NCBI GenBank assembly: GCA_009602725.1 | Contig: WELB01000016.1 | Coordinates: forward strand, 14,192-78,191 | Length of the DNA stretch: 64,000 bases | Direction of reading: 5' to 3' | Origin: Spirogloea muscicola | Taxonomy: Eukaryota | In this document: in pieces, positions 1-14,181 of the stretch | Numbering within the stretch: the stretch's first letter is position 1 | Layout of the letters: every line of letters starts with the position of its first letter | Notes under the pieces: generated by a model | Seen by the model: the letters and a program-made list of their open reading frames with translations, nothing else | Told to the model about the DNA's origin: nothing | Database searches by the model: none | Translations under genes and position numbers: made by a program

Positions 1-124
<124 letters not shown>

Positions 125-366
125 CGCCGGCCTCGGCGCCATGAGCCGCTCCTTCTGGCGCTCGCGGCGCCCGGCCGCCCGCCGGTGCCTGCGCGCCGCC
201 GTGCATGCGAGCCTGTCCCGCTCCCCCAGCCCCGCCGTCGCTGCCTAGGTTGCACAGCCAGCACCCTGCCGCTGCTGCCCGGGTTGGCCTCTAAGGCTAG
301 GCGCCGGGCAGGCCCCGCTGCTGCGCCGTGGAAGCGGGCCAGTGGAGGGTTGTCTCGCCGCGGAGG

Positions 367-3300
367 ATGATGCAGAGGCTCCTCGACAGCGTGCTCGGCG
401 TGGCCAAAGAGTGAGCTCTCTCACTTGAGCTCTGGTCGACAGGGATGCCAGAGGCCGAGAAAGTACTGCCCTCCACCTCCGGGTCTTGAGTCATCACTGA
501 CTGGACCTCTACTCCACGAGATCAAGCACGGAGCGTGCTCCTCCCATGCCCTTTTCCTGGCCCAAGCAGATCCTTCATGTAGTCTGCAGGGCCTCATAAT
601 GACAAGGGGCTTCACAGCTCGCTTCCGATGTCAACAAAGCTCTCCCTTTACGAGGCTAGTGAGTCTGTGAGGCAATCAACCTATGCAGACAAATGAGACA
701 GATTCTTGCAGTCCTCAGCTTCTACACGCACATGCAAAGTGGCCTGTGACTCCTCTAGGGAATTGCAGCACCATAGGCTGCTGCCAAAGAAGTAACTCCG
801 TCTTCCTGTCTGGCCTAAGGAGGTAGGTGCGTCAGTCTGATCTCTTACGGACAGTGTCGACGACAGCTGCAGACTGACTGGTCTCTGATGGACAATATTG
901 AGGGCGGCCATGCTGAGATAGATTCGTCCATGCAACCTGCTTGATTACTCTGTAGCAACTCCTTCGCTCTGCTCTCAGGGCTGTGAAGACTTTCAGTCGG
1001 GAAACTTTCAACAACACTATCAAGCTCGTCAATGGAGTTGCTGGAGTCGTTCTAGCTTTCGTGCCAGGTCAAGCAAACATTGTTGAAGGACTTCGAGGAT
1101 GGGAGCTGCATCCAACTTTCAAAGCCCCTCGTTTGGCTCGATGGATGGAGGAGTAAGTGCTCTGGCTTTGCAAGACTAATATCACAGGCCATTTGAAGCA
1201 CACTCTCAGCTGCTCGATCTGGTTTACCTCAGCTGTGAAAGCCAGAGGCTTAGCGTGGGCTACATTTGGATGACCAAGACAATCTGACCCTCGGTGTGGT
1301 ATGAGAGTTGCATGTACTTGCTGCTTTCTGTGCAATTGTCTCCTATGTCATTGTTGCTGATTAAGTGAGGAGACTGGGACCGGCTGTGACAACAGCGGAG
1401 TGTCGTCTTTCAATCAATTCTTGTACGACTATGTGGACTCTGAGTCAGCGTCCGGCTCAGAGTATGACACTGATGAAGAGAGTGAAGGAGGAACTGGGTT
1501 GCTACCATCTACTCCAACGTCCAGGAGAACTTCATCAAACCATCACTCTGGAAGTTTTAAGAGCTCCAGGGTTTCTGAACGGCGTCATGGCTGGTGGTCA
1601 GGTGTGTTGAAGCTCTGACCAGTTCCTGCATTGTCAGAGACGAGTAATGTCCTTTCGGTGGCCAATACTACGTTTCCTTCTGGTGGCCATCTCAGCTTAT
1701 CCACATGAACTGGGAGGATCTCTCTGAGTCTCCTAGTGGGTCGTCACATTTCTGCTCTGTGCCAATTGTGCAGCCTTCAAGCGCTGGTTCTGGCTTCTGT
1801 TCTGGCCTTTGGCTCTCTTCTTTCGACACAGGCGATCGACAAGGTACAGTGTTTGTGGATGTGACCAGCATCTTGCTAAGTTACAAAGCAGAAGATAGAG
1901 GGCATCTGAGGGTTCTGCCAAATGTTGGTATCTAAGATGAAGCTGGCCTGAGGAGCCAGCTTAGCGGCAAGCCGTGCTTGATGTGGAGCATGTGCATCTT
2001 CGCAGGCACGCCGTCAGGAGTCGCAGGAGCAGTGGCTTGAGGAGTGGCGTGGCTTCTCCTGTGAGCAGGAGCAGTAGCTCTGGCAGTCTCAGCCGAGTGT
2101 ATGAGCTTGCAGGCTCTGAGTTTAGTCGGAAATTCAGTGACGTTGTTGAATACGTGACTCATCTCAATGACAATCGCCGGCGAGGTATTTTAGAGGTGAG
2201 CATGTGATATCAAGTACAAGCCCCTGCTGTCCTTATTTGCTCCAAAAGATTCAGGAAGTTGCAAACCTAGTTGTACAACACAAGGCCTGCCAATGTCTGA
2301 GTGGGCTCAATCTTGCTTTCACATGAGATGGCTGGACCTCCTGACTGTCTGACTGGACGCCCTTTGAAAGATTATCACTCCAGAATTTGTCAGATCAGAA
2401 TGTCTCAACGGTTCTCAGTACTTGTGTGCATCTTTCTCGGCTATATGGTCATGCCTGAAATGCACACATTACCCCACACATGGAAATTTGGCAGGACCTT
2501 GAAGTGATAATGGAGCTCGCAATTGAGAAGGTTTTCGAAGGTGTCCGAGGTATTCTGTTTTACACCTTCTCACCTTGGGAGAGCCTGAAGGTCATTGCAA
2601 GGGGCATGTTTGGAAGGCCCCGTCGGCAGAGACAGGAGCCAGGCACAGCCGTGCTTGGGACTGAATCTGCAGCCGTGTTAGGAAGCTCAGATCCTAGCCC
2701 AAAACTGCTCCTTCAGCAGCAGTTAAATATGGACGCAAGGACCTGTGAAGACATTGTGACAGATGCAGGGTACGTGACTATACCTAGAGGAGGAGAAGCC
2801 TTCTGTATGAGCCCACTTGCTTGCCTGTCTGGCTGGCTTGGATGGCCTTGTGAAGAAGCTTCGGGAAGCATATTTGCTTAATCAGCATACATAGATTTAT
2901 GTCTCACTTGTAATTCAAGCGAGGGAGCGTGCAAGTAGTGATTCCAACGAGTTTAAGAGCATGTTCGATGGCAGGTATCCATATGAATCCATAAAGGTCA
3001 CAACTGAGGACGGTTATGTGCTGCAGGTCGAGCGCATCCCAAGGTAATCATCCTTGCATCAGTGCAAATTGATCCATTACCACCTACACAAGCAGGCCTC
3101 AAACAGCATGCTGACGCTATGCCACAATATACTCTTGAGCAGGCACTTACAGTCATGATTGACGGTGCTGTGGGCCTGTCCCACTTACCATGCAGGCGAA
3201 CTTCTCGCAAAGTGTTATACCTGCAGCATGGGATCTTGGACACTTCGCTTGGGTAAGCGGCAGTGTTGGGCTTTTGCCCAAATGGACGAAGCTTTGTGCT

Positions 3301-6300
3301 TTGGTGATAGCATCAGCAGTTTGCCATCATATCTTTGCAACCCGTGGCCCTGTGGTTATTCTACCTACTTCATCCTGTGTATACAAATGTTCAAGAGCTT
3401 TTGTTAGTGTTGGCAGGTGGGTTTCCAATGGTGTTGTGGGCTCTCCAGCATTTGCTGCCTTTGACCAAGGTTTGCCAAAGTTGGCTTTTCCCACCTTCCT
3501 TGACCATCCACCTGTCTGTCAGCTCTTTGCACACTTGAACCTTGCCAGTGCATCATTGTTCATGCAGTAGATGTCAGAAGCTTCTTCTGTCAGCCTGCAG
3601 TTCACCACATTGGGATGTCATGTATATTGTGGAGGTCAAGGATGTTCAATCAGCACCTCCCAAGCCACATTTGCTGGTTTTCTTTCAAATTGGTGAGTCC
3701 AGGGTATGATGTCTTCTTAGGCAACCTCCGCGGCTATGCATCCCGTGAGCATGTGGACAAACGAATTTCAGCACGCAGGTGAGCCTGTAGTATAATTCAG
3801 GCTGTAAACATGGACCAGGAGGACGAGCTCACTGAAAGCAGACTTGCTATTTGTTCTGGTTGACCTTGCTATACAGCTGTTTGCGATTGTCTTTGCCCTG
3901 CTGTAAGTCCGAGTTTTGTGTTTGGTGTGATGTGTCTGATCATGTAGGTACTGGCGGTATTCTATCAATGAACATGGGATGCAGGATGTGCCGGCCATGA
4001 TTGAGCGCATCCATGAGATGAAGGTGGCAGAGCTCAGCAGCTTGCCTGTGTCTCCTATATTCTCGTCGGAGGCTACCTCCACTTGTGCATCCGCTTCTGA
4101 TGCAAATGGTCCAGATGGGAGTAGCTCCTCTTCACCATCTGCGACCGACGAGGAGGCTCAACCGTATAGCATGTCAACAGTAAGCCACAGTCTTGGTGGG
4201 GCTGCAATGCTGGTCTACATTGTGACAAGGCGCATACTTGGAAAGCCCCATCGTCTGTCAAGAATGATACTCCTTTCTCCTGCTGGTGAGCTTCTTACAT
4301 TGGTCGCTCTTGCTGCCTGCCGTGTCATGCAGGTTGCTATCAATGGCTTGCTTGAAATAAATCACCCAATATGGATAGAAATGCATATTGTCAATATCAC
4401 CTTGGGGGCTTCCACAATCTGGAGCCCCAATACTTTTCTTTTCTTCATGTTGACCTGATGCTCATGCAGCTCATGCGGGGTCTACTGCTTACTTACGAGC
4501 TAGTTGTCCTGAATGGTGCCCAGGTTTTCATCAGCAGACTCCATTCCTCTTTGACCTCTTAATGTGGGGAGTTGTTGGCCCTTTTCCCTTCCTGGACTCT
4601 ATCATGACTCGGTATATCCCTGGCTTCTACATACCCACCAGAGGGCTCCGATTACTATTCAACAAGTTGGCTCAGGATTTCCAGAATTTACCAGCTTTAA
4701 GAGCTCTTGTTCAGGTCTTCTTGACAGCTTGCAACCATCAAGCCCCACGTGCATGTGGCATTGATTTAGGCTTTGAAGCATTAGCCCTCTCAGATGTCCT
4801 TCAAGCTTACATGGATTTCCTACACATGCACTGCCTATGGTTGTCATTGTCATTTCTTGCATTCTTACTGCAATAGCCCACCTTAGTATGTATATTACGT
4901 GTTCTGATCGCTGATCTGGCTTATTGCAAATATGTAATGAGGAATTGTGAATGTTGCAAACTCGTGATTAGATTTCAAGACGTGGCTGGCTAGTCTGGCC
5001 TGTTATCACATCAGGTCTCTCATTTCATGACAGGTACTTATGAGCAGCTTGCTTGTTGGCGGAGACAGTTCGGACTGGGTTGGATCCCTTAGGCAACCAC
5101 ATTACAACATGTTTGACATGCCTGGGTTGGCATATAGAGTTGCCAAGCACATGGCCCAGATGAAGCATGCCCGTAAATTTGTCTTGTATGACTACCGTCA
5201 CTCCAGCGTCAACATGCAGGTGAGTGTTTCCTTTAGTATGTTCACGCTTGAGTATATGTTTCCCTCTTTATGGAATTGTTAGCCTTGATGATTTAACAAT
5301 GTACTTGACTTGATCATCCAACATTGCAGTAACTTATACTTCCCAGTGCTGACTTTGAGCTGTGTCACTAGACACTGTATGAGATCTAAGACTCTACTGA
5401 CTTGGTGATATGCCAGGCATACGGGCAGCCGACTCCGCTTGACATTGGTTATCATTACGGACTTATAAATATTCCTGTCGATGTTGTAGTGGGGGGAAAA
5501 GATCGTTTGATACCCCCTGCAATGGTCCTTAAGCATTATGAAGCTATGAAGTCTGCCAACGTTAAGGTAAATGGATGCCACTTTATCTTGTCATGCGACC
5601 CTACCATGCAGTCTGTACAGATATCTGAAGTGTTCTTGCTGATCACTAGGCACAATTGTCGTGTTGCTGCGTAGTCGTATGTGAGTTTCAAAGAATGACC
5701 TTTGGAAATGCCATACTATGACTCTAGTTGTGGATCTGGCCGTTGTTCAAAGAGAACAAGCTATAAAGAGTACGGTAGCGTGATATGTTGCCCATGGATT
5801 TATTTCTCATGTGTAGGTTTCAGTCAAGGAATTTGACTATGCACATTTGGACTTCACTGTTGCTCACAAAGAGGAGCTCCTTGCATACATCATGGCAAGA
5901 CTACTATTGCCATCGAATTCGCACAAAGTGAGGCGAACCCAAAGGTGAGCTGCGGATGTGCTTGACCAGCACATATTACGAGCATGATCCTGCTTGCATT
6001 GGCGTCTCAGCTTTGTATAGCAGCTTTGCAGTAGCAATACTCATTGGCTCAACCTCCATCTTGTCAGTGCCAAGAATACCTTTGTTTCAAAGGTAGGTAC
6101 AAGGACTGGCAATATCGGCTCAGATAAAGTGTACGTATACAACAACTTCCTTATTAGACTCAGAAAGTACTGTAGCAGCCCTAATATGCCATCTCAGATG
6201 AGTTTGTTTGTTGGGAATTTTGTCAATCTGTATTGGACAACCCACCTCAATGCGCAGCACATTGTTCCTTGCCTGGCTTGGCTCAGTGCGATGAAATGTG

Positions 6301-7706
6301 TGTGTTGTTTGCAGCCTGAGGAATGGCTTGGATGCCCGCGTTCAGAATATACTGGAAAGAGCAGCAGAGAGGGGTGCTGTGAAGGGCTCTGGTGCCAATG
6401 CTGCTTCCATCCCCCAGGTGAAAGCGGAGGGCAACAGTCTGTCTGCAGATGGGCATCAGACTGGCAGTGGGTCTTCGAGAAGGTGGAACATAGAGCACAC
6501 CGCAGGGCATGTGAATGATGAGGACAGACGTGCAAACGATGGTGTGTCCTCCTCACCAGTCGAGCACCACTCGCCAGCGAGATTCACGAAAAAGTCAGCC
6601 CCCAGTGGCAACAGCAAAAAGAATGCCACTGCTGGTGGCAAAGCTCTTGGCTTTAGCAGTTCCTATGATGACAGACCTGGGCAGTTTGCTACTCGAGCTT
6701 CGCAAGCTCAAGAAGAAAGGCGACAGTCAATTTTGACAGCTCAAAGACTTCCCAGCAGCAAAAGGAGGGATCATGAGGCTGGCATTGAGGGTTCTCAGCT
6801 CAGTGAGTCGTCCCTGGACAGTGCTGCATCAGCCTTTGCTGCTGCGCAAGAGGCTGGAGCTGCTGTGAACTCGCCAGCTGCTAGCATTGGGGGTAGAGGA
6901 CGGAGGACAACAGAATTTCACAGCAGGTTATGCTTCTTCCCTCGCAAGTTTTACCAGCTGACATGACTGCACTGGCAGGCGTTACAGCATCAGTGTTGTG
7001 CAAGCTATGCATGTCCTGGTGTTTATTTGCTTGCTGGACATACTCTTCTGATATTCAGCTGATACTTCCTAGCATCTGTCATCACTTGTCATTCGTCATT
7101 TGCAGCATGTTGAATACAGCAGAGCTCACAGATGATGGAAGCGTGCCCGTGAAGCCTCTACAAGATAAACTAGACAAGTGCATAGATTCAGCTGCAACAA
7201 ATGGGAGAAGGTAGATGATGAGACACTTATAGCACCCTTGTCTTATCGAGCTTATGTTATGCATTGCAGGAAACGACCAGTGAAAAGGCCTGTGAAGGGC
7301 GACCACCTTATGTGGCAACACAGATGCTGATATGTTTGCGTGCATGGCTTCCTCAGGACACCCAAGGAACGAGAGGCTACTGGCAAAGCAGCGAGAATGA
7401 TGGAGGAGATGTCTATTCCAGCCACCTTCAGGTAGTGGCCTGTAAAGCCATGCCAAGGTAGATGCATGCGTCTGTCTGCACGTATTTACGCAACTCCTTA
7501 GAGGGCTTGGTAGCTTGTCAGTTGAGGGTTTAACAAGAAGGCAGCATGCTAAGTGCAGCTTACAGCACATGCCCCCACACACGTTGAGTTACTTCAATGT
7601 CATGGGCAGGTCGCTCAGCCAGCAGCACAGAATTGGTGTAGCTGGCCAAGATATACAGGACGTGTGGGAGCACATTGAGCATGACTTCCATCTAGCAAGG
7701 AGTTGA
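367..7706 (+). CDS. alpha/beta-hydrolase lipase (abhydro_lipase / gastric-lipase-like, At1g18460-type), multi-exon, with long C-terminal extension
   Basis: Spliced exons give MMQRLLDSVLGVAKE/AVKTFSRETFNN...GLRGWELHPTF, RTCEDIVTDAGYPYESIKVTTEDGYVLQVERIP, VLYLQHGILDTSLGWVSNG, SINEHGMQDVPAMI, nucleophile motif SHSLGG, IPVDVVVGGKDRLIP and YAHLDF. The 3' end is uncertain: 6966 if unspliced, 7706 via three further phase-compatible exons. Confidence 0.88.
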
Positions 7707-8426
7707 CCGAAGCAAGCCACGGCGATCCATCGTGAACTTAGCGTCCATGGGCCGTTGTGCAGTACCCTTTTAGCGACAGCAATTATTCGGTAATCGCAGC
7801 AGTGTTGACTCGCCGCTGCATTACTAAGTTGAGCATATGACTCCGTGCATTGAGACAATTCTTTAGACAGACAGTTGCACATTTTGCAACTGCAACTTGA
7901 GTAGTGTAGCTTTTTGCTGCAGCTGCCAGCGCCCAACTTTGATGTGTTGGACACTGATACAGCTCTGTACCGCATCACCCAGCGATTCATGAGGTGTCAT
8001 CTTCAAATGGCTGTTTATTTTGTTGTGCATCCTACGTTGCTTGCTCTTTAATCTTGCCAGGTCAATCGCAGCTCAGGCCACTCTGTACTCCTTCCAACCT
8101 GGCCACTACTTTTTATCTGAGGCGAAGTGAGGCATACGTATGTGTGTGCACCAGGATAAGCAGATAACAGTATGGACTTCTTTGTGCAAACAGCAGTTAT
8201 TTCCGACATATTCTGGAGTGAAAACTTCAGAATCTCTCAGCTTGCTAACGATATTTCTACCCATGTAATGCTGCCCACATGTGTCAATGAATGTGAAGAC
8301 TGAATCAGGGTTCAAGATCTAAGGTTCAGGGGTGGTCTAATCTTAGTAGAATGGCCAGGTCATATGCTAGCTCCAGAAGGGGCTTGACAGCACGGTTGGG
8401 GATGGCTGAGCGCCTGGAGCTTGTCT

Positions 8427-11400
8427 CTAAGAGGCTGCTAAATTTACGACAGGGGGGGCTCTATTATATGTGCTCAACATGTCTGCAAGGTTCTTGGCGT
8501 GTTCCTCAAGGGCATCGAATGAGTCCGCAGTACCTTGACAACCTAGTCTCCATCCCCAATTGCCAGCCTTCATGACATAAGAAAGGACGGATGTTTGTGA
8601 GCAAGAGCACATAGGTCGCAGGAAGAAATTGGTCAGTCTGCCATTGCTTTCATATTTGAATGCACTGACCTTCACTGCTGGTGTGTTCATGCGAGCAGAG
8701 TTGTCAAGGCTCATGATGTCTTGCAAGGAGAAGATGGCAGTCCTCGGCACGGACTGCACTGCTGCCTTGATAAACTCCCAACTGATGTCAGCACCCTCCG
8801 CTGTTCTCAAATACTCCAATGTCTGTGGGCAAGTTTGGCTCAGGGAAAATGCCAATACATTAGAGCGCAAGGCGCTCTTCTCTCAAGGCATTATCTGTCC
8901 ATAGAAGCAGTTCATGATCACTGAGCGTCAGGTGCTCGCGTTGGGCATACCTGCTTTTTTTCATCTTGTGGAGCCTTCTTCCACCAGCCCAGGACCTGCA
9001 AGTGCAGAGCGCTCTGATGTTGTTGAGTTGTCATGTGGCCTTGCCTGAGTGATTGACAAGAAACCTCAATCCAGCCTGTAAGGATAGCATTATACTAGTC
9101 GGTGTTGTTCCTGTGATAATATGGCCAGCCATGTTCCTCTCACGGCCCCCTCCAAGTATAAATCGAAAAAGCTAGACCCTGACTTGTGGTTGACTGATTG
9201 TCGAGGGAGGATCACCGTGTCATTGTCGTGTGTCCCTGGGTACACCACCTGGTTTACCTCGTGGTTGTGGGGAATGTGCGGGTTGGAGGGGTCTCCACCG
9301 AAAGCTGGGCTTGCACAAAAACGAGCTTTTATCAAAATCAAATACCATTGTTACAGACTGTCTACGCACGTCAACTTCCACTTGCTATTGACAAAAAGGT
9401 CTGGTGTGCATACTGGACTTTACTTTTCTACTCTACCCTAACATTAGGCGACTCTGCAGGCAAGTTGTAATTAGGAACGGTGTAAGCCTGGTGATAGTGC
9501 TACTTGCCGAAGAGGAGCACAGCCATGCCGGGAGCACCAATGGCCTCCCTGAGCTGCGTGACGTCTTTTGTAATGACGCCCTTCACATGGCAAAGACGTG
9601 GTCTAGCTGAGGCGCAGCTTGGGGCGATGCAATGTCTAGACCAACATTGCAGACACACTTATTCCTCGGGCGTTTTCAGATTAGGTGACAACAACAATCA
9701 GAAGGCATGGCACATCGATGCAAGATTAAAGCAGGCCTGCAGGAGCAGCTGCTTAAAGAATGCTCACAAGGTCTTCCGCAATGATGTCAACTTTGCCGAC
9801 AGCATCCTTGATTGCAGCAAAGAAGTCCTCCCTTGGGCCAACCTGCGGGTCTCAGAGCAAATGACAGGCGACATGAGCCTTGCCAAATCCTGCACACTAT
9901 AAGCGTGAGGCGTCAAGTAGTGTCAAGAACCCCAACCACGAGAGACCCACTTATCTTGGCGGGGCTTTACCTTCCATACCCCTGACATAGCTGTCTCAGC
10001 ATCTGCAAGGGCCAATGTGATGAGCCACGTCGGTTAGCAGCACTCAGCCAGTGGAGTAGCATGAGGTAGCAATAGTACTTGCAATGTAGGTCAGCTAGGG
10101 TGGTACCATGTCCAGTGGATTCAAGCCCAGTGATTGATTGGGCAATTACCTGCTGGAATTGACCAGTAGCCCGCCAAGCCACGGAAGTGGTCGATGCGGA
10201 ACTCGTCGTAGAGCGTGAAGGCGCGCTTCATGCGCTGCACCCACCACTTGTACCCGTCCTCCTTCATTACCTTCCAGTTGTAAAGGGGACTGCCACATTG
10301 GGGAGCATAAAGCGAGTCCATACTTGTCAAGACAACCAAGAGAGTGGCACAAATGCCATATACTTGGGTGAAAACGAGGGCAGCTAAGCACGCATTTAAG
10401 CTGCGAGACATGCTGGTCCGCCTAAAAGTAGTAGCTATGCCCAAGGACAGCCTGAACCTTTACATCCTCAAGAGTAACAGACAAGAAAGCGGTAAGGCAA
10501 CGGTGATAAAGCTGCGGGGTAATATGCCACGCCGGTTTAGGAGTTGGGACTTAAATAGTCCTACTTACGGAACTTGCTTTGCAGGGCAAGGCCAGTCCAG
10601 CAATACATAGCATTGGTATGTCTAAGGAAAGACATGATGGAGGAGGCCAGGCCAACCTGCCCCACAATTGTCCTGTCTCACTGAACGCATCTGGAGGGAC
10701 ACCGCTTACAAAGGCCGGTGCACCAGTTGCTTCATCCTGGTTCGCAACCACGAGAGAGACACCAATGAGAAGCCACATACGTGATGCGTTGAGCAGACCA
10801 CCCTTCATACAGTCCAGATATCTGTGACCACAGATGTCACAACGACCCTTGCTGCTCATGTTTCTTTTGGGGCACGGGATGCCTACAAGCATAAATTGGT
10901 CTCGGTTGGCCCACACGTCTGCACTGTGTCCGCCCACATAGATGGGCATGTCACCAACAATGCGTATCCCCCGGGAGCTTGCGTATTTGTGCAGCGACTC
11001 CCACTGCCTCTGGAATATGTATTGCTGCGCCACAAACTCTGTGATCTGCCCAGCATGCACATCAGTTGTTAGCCAGCAAACAGCGACAGGGCAGACACAT
11101 GCCGCGCAGCATATGGAGCCAAATGCTCACGAAGGCAGTGTGGTCCTCCCGGGCTTTCTTGAGGGCCTCAGGCTTGCGGTCACGTAGTTCCTCAGGCCAC
11201 TCCCACCAGCAGACGGCGTCGTGAACGCAGTCGATTGCAGCAAAGAGTGCAGCCTCCTCCAGCCACCCTGCGACACGGCAGACAAGATGTGGAGTGACCA
11301 CCCTGCTGATCAATTGGTGCTCCACAACCCCCGCAATTAGGCAGTTAGACTTGCAGACATGCAGCACAAGTCTAGCAGAATGAAAACGTCTCCGAAGCTT

Positions 11401-13116
11401 GGGACTATGGCAGCATCCGCCAAGCAGGGGGCTCTTGGCCAGAGCACAATGATGTAAGATACAAGCAGAAGTCTGGCAAGTGTGGCAGATGAGACCAAGG
11501 ATAACTATGCAGGCTCAGACAGGCAGTGCAGGGTAGCAAGCATGCACCCGAGATGCTGGGCCTCTTGCGGAAGTCCAGAAAGTCTTCCTTGAGGGGCCCC
11601 TCGCTAGACACCAGCTTCTTGGCAGCCTAGCCAATAGCAAGCACAGTTGTCAAGTGCCATTCCTCTTGCTGGAGGCTGCCGGTCTCATGATAGGTTGCTA
11701 CTTATGCTGCGGCACTTGTTGCTACAGCAAGCAGCCCATGTCAACTTCAGCTGGCCCGGTGTTGGCCAGGTATAAGAGCCTCACCTTGGCAACAAGGACG
11801 TCCTTGACCTTGGCCACATTGTCGTAGTCCACCCGCTCCACCGCTCTGGACTCACAGTGCATGCTTGCTCACCCTACATCAGTGCTAGCCTGGCAATGCC
11901 AACAATTGCAGGTAGCCTTTCAATGACGTCTGGCGAAGTAGCAAATGCAAGCAGTGCTGACAGCTGCGAAACCCAAACTGAGATCTGTTTGCTTCCATAC
12001 TGTAGCAGGCAGAGGGAGATGGGAAAATAGGGGTGCCCCACATTGGCGCCGGCAAGTCGGACTTGCTGAGGAGGCCATCCTCCACCAGGAGATCTGGCGA
12101 GATGAGTAGCGTGTTGCCGCAGTTGGCATCCTAGCAACGCCGCCACAAGAGGTGAGCTGCAGGTGTATGCTCTATGCTTGTCAGTGCCAGCAGTAGCGCC
12201 CTCGTGTCATCCCAGTCAAGCAGCCTGCTCAGTCTGCCACCTGGGTCGGCCCTCACTTGGCCAGCATATGGCGAGCCGTCCTCGCCGGACTTGCGCCCTG
12301 GCGGGACCAGCGGAAGCACCTGCAGCACCCGGCCCGAGTTGTCGCTGCACGATCAGCTCGCTGCATGCCATCTTCAGCAGTCCCTCCATGAGGGAGCAAG
12401 AGATAGGTACAGGCGAGTCGCAGTGTGTTGCCCTAGCTCAATGGACAGCAACCAGTGCTGTGCAGTTAGTACTCTGTCCTTAGCAGCCATCAGAGCTAAT
12501 GCCCTGCCTTCACATTGATTGCTCACGGCCTGCTTCTCTATTGGCATTGGGTCCGCGTACGGAGCGACACCGACGCTTGCTCCTCAAATCGAGCATGTCA
12601 TCTGACGACCTCAACCCTGAACCCCGGCAACGGGCGCTGGGCTGGCAGCTGGTGAGGCAGAGCCTTGGGCGGACCTGCCACACACAGCATCTGGTCGACT
12701 GGAGCCAGTCGATGAACTTGAACGCCTCGGGGCCGAGGTCGCCGATCCCGTAAGGCCCGGGGAACGACGTCGGGTGCAGCAGGATGCCTGCATTGCGGTT
12801 GCGTCGCAGGTGAGCAGCGCGGCAGCCGGCTGCGCCAAAGGAGAGCCAGCTCGGCTGCGCACTGGAGCTGCGAGGCTGCGGAAGAGGCACACCTGCTCGG
12901 CGGCGCGGGAGCACCGGGGCGTCGTCGACGTACTCGGGCCCGAGGTCGTCGCCGATGGTGGGCATGGGCGCCGCAGCGGCCATCATCTTGTGGCCCGCCG
13001 CGGTGGCCCCAGGGCCTGGCTGGGCCCGACCAGAGCGCGGATCTGCGGCGCCGACGAACGGATGGGGCCGCGGCGCAGAGCCGCCGCTGCGTGGAGCGGC
13101 GCGGCGGCGGCGGCGG
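8427..13116 (-). CDS. DPE1: 4-alpha-glucanotransferase (disproportionating enzyme 1, GH77), plastid
   Basis: Exons encode RRRAG/ILLHPTSFPGPYGIGDLG, LPLVPPGRKSGEDGSPY, IVGDMPIYV, SGVPPDAFSETGQLWG, FRIDHFRG, VYPGTHDNDT and MNTPA...GNWGWR. The start lies in or near the N at 13117; an alternative ATG is at 12986. Confidence 0.95.
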
Positions 13117-13519
13117 NGGAGGAAAAGCCCCCCCCCGGCCCGTCGGCTAGGCGCCACGCGGCAGCGCCTCAGCAAAGACGGTGGCCAAACGGGCCCCGCC
13201 AACGCTCTTGACAGCCCGTTATCGTCGCGCCCCGTTGTCTTGCCATCGGGCGCCGTGCACCCTGAAGGAACAGCGCTTCCACTGTGAGGCATTGGCTGTG
13301 CTCCCTAGAGTGTCCCCCTTAGCCAGCTCATTACCCCGTGAACATGACCTTTGTAAGGCTAGACTTGGCCTCCCTTTCAATCTCATGCGCACGGCGCGCC
13401 TTCTCTCCCTGAGCTCCACTGGAGCTGGCTGTCAAGAAACAGCTCTTGTTAAGTAAAGCGATGCTTGCCGGGAGAGGTCAACCCAGAAGAATGCGGCTCT
13501 CGCGGGGAAGGGGGGGCGA

Positions 13520-13580
13520 GGGCCTGTGAGGGCCAGCCCAAAAGAAGTGAAGAAGGCCCGAAAGGGCCGGACGGTGCAAC
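13520..13580 (-). repeat. partial copy of the GGGCTGG hairpin / retroelement 3'UTR module
   Basis: GAGGGCCAGCCCAAAAGAAG...GAAAGGGCCGGACGG resembles 28408-28452 and the reverse complement of 49012-49050. Confidence 0.6.
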
Positions 13581-14181
13581 GACGTTGTCACTGGGGCAAT
13601 GTATGATATGACCATTGCTTCGCTTGCTGTGCATCGGTTTACTTGTTAAATTGCTTCACTTAAGACCCCCTCCTCCCCCCCGCCTCCTTCCCCCCTGGGA
13701 CCGGAGCTGGGCGAGCTGTGGCTGGTGGCAGGGGGGAAAGCCGGCATCGGCCATCCGGGATCAAGGGCTTCAGCCACTTGTTAGTGGCTCGAGTTCTCAA
13801 TGAGCCGTCGTCGCCAGTTACATGGCCTTGCAAACTACCATGGAGCTTCTCCCTGCCTGTGAATGCCCAGGTCCTGCCACGCTCAGCTGTGTGCCGTCTT
13901 TATTCACCTCTCTCAGCAAAACAATGCCGCAGGTGTGCGCAACTCACATGTAGAGGGCACCGTCACGAAGCTAAGTTGCAGCAGCCAGCTGCGCCACCAG
14001 CTCCCCTATGCAGCTACTAGCTTTGCTCTGAAGCCTCGAGTTGCTGCTGCTGGTCAGCAGATACAGGCTGCGCTCAGGTCCTCAGGCCCCTGCGGCACGT
14101 CGCGCCAAGCTAGCAGGATTGGTACCTCCTATGCTGCTCAGTAACAGGTGATGATTCTCTGCCCTCCTCAGGCAGCACCGA

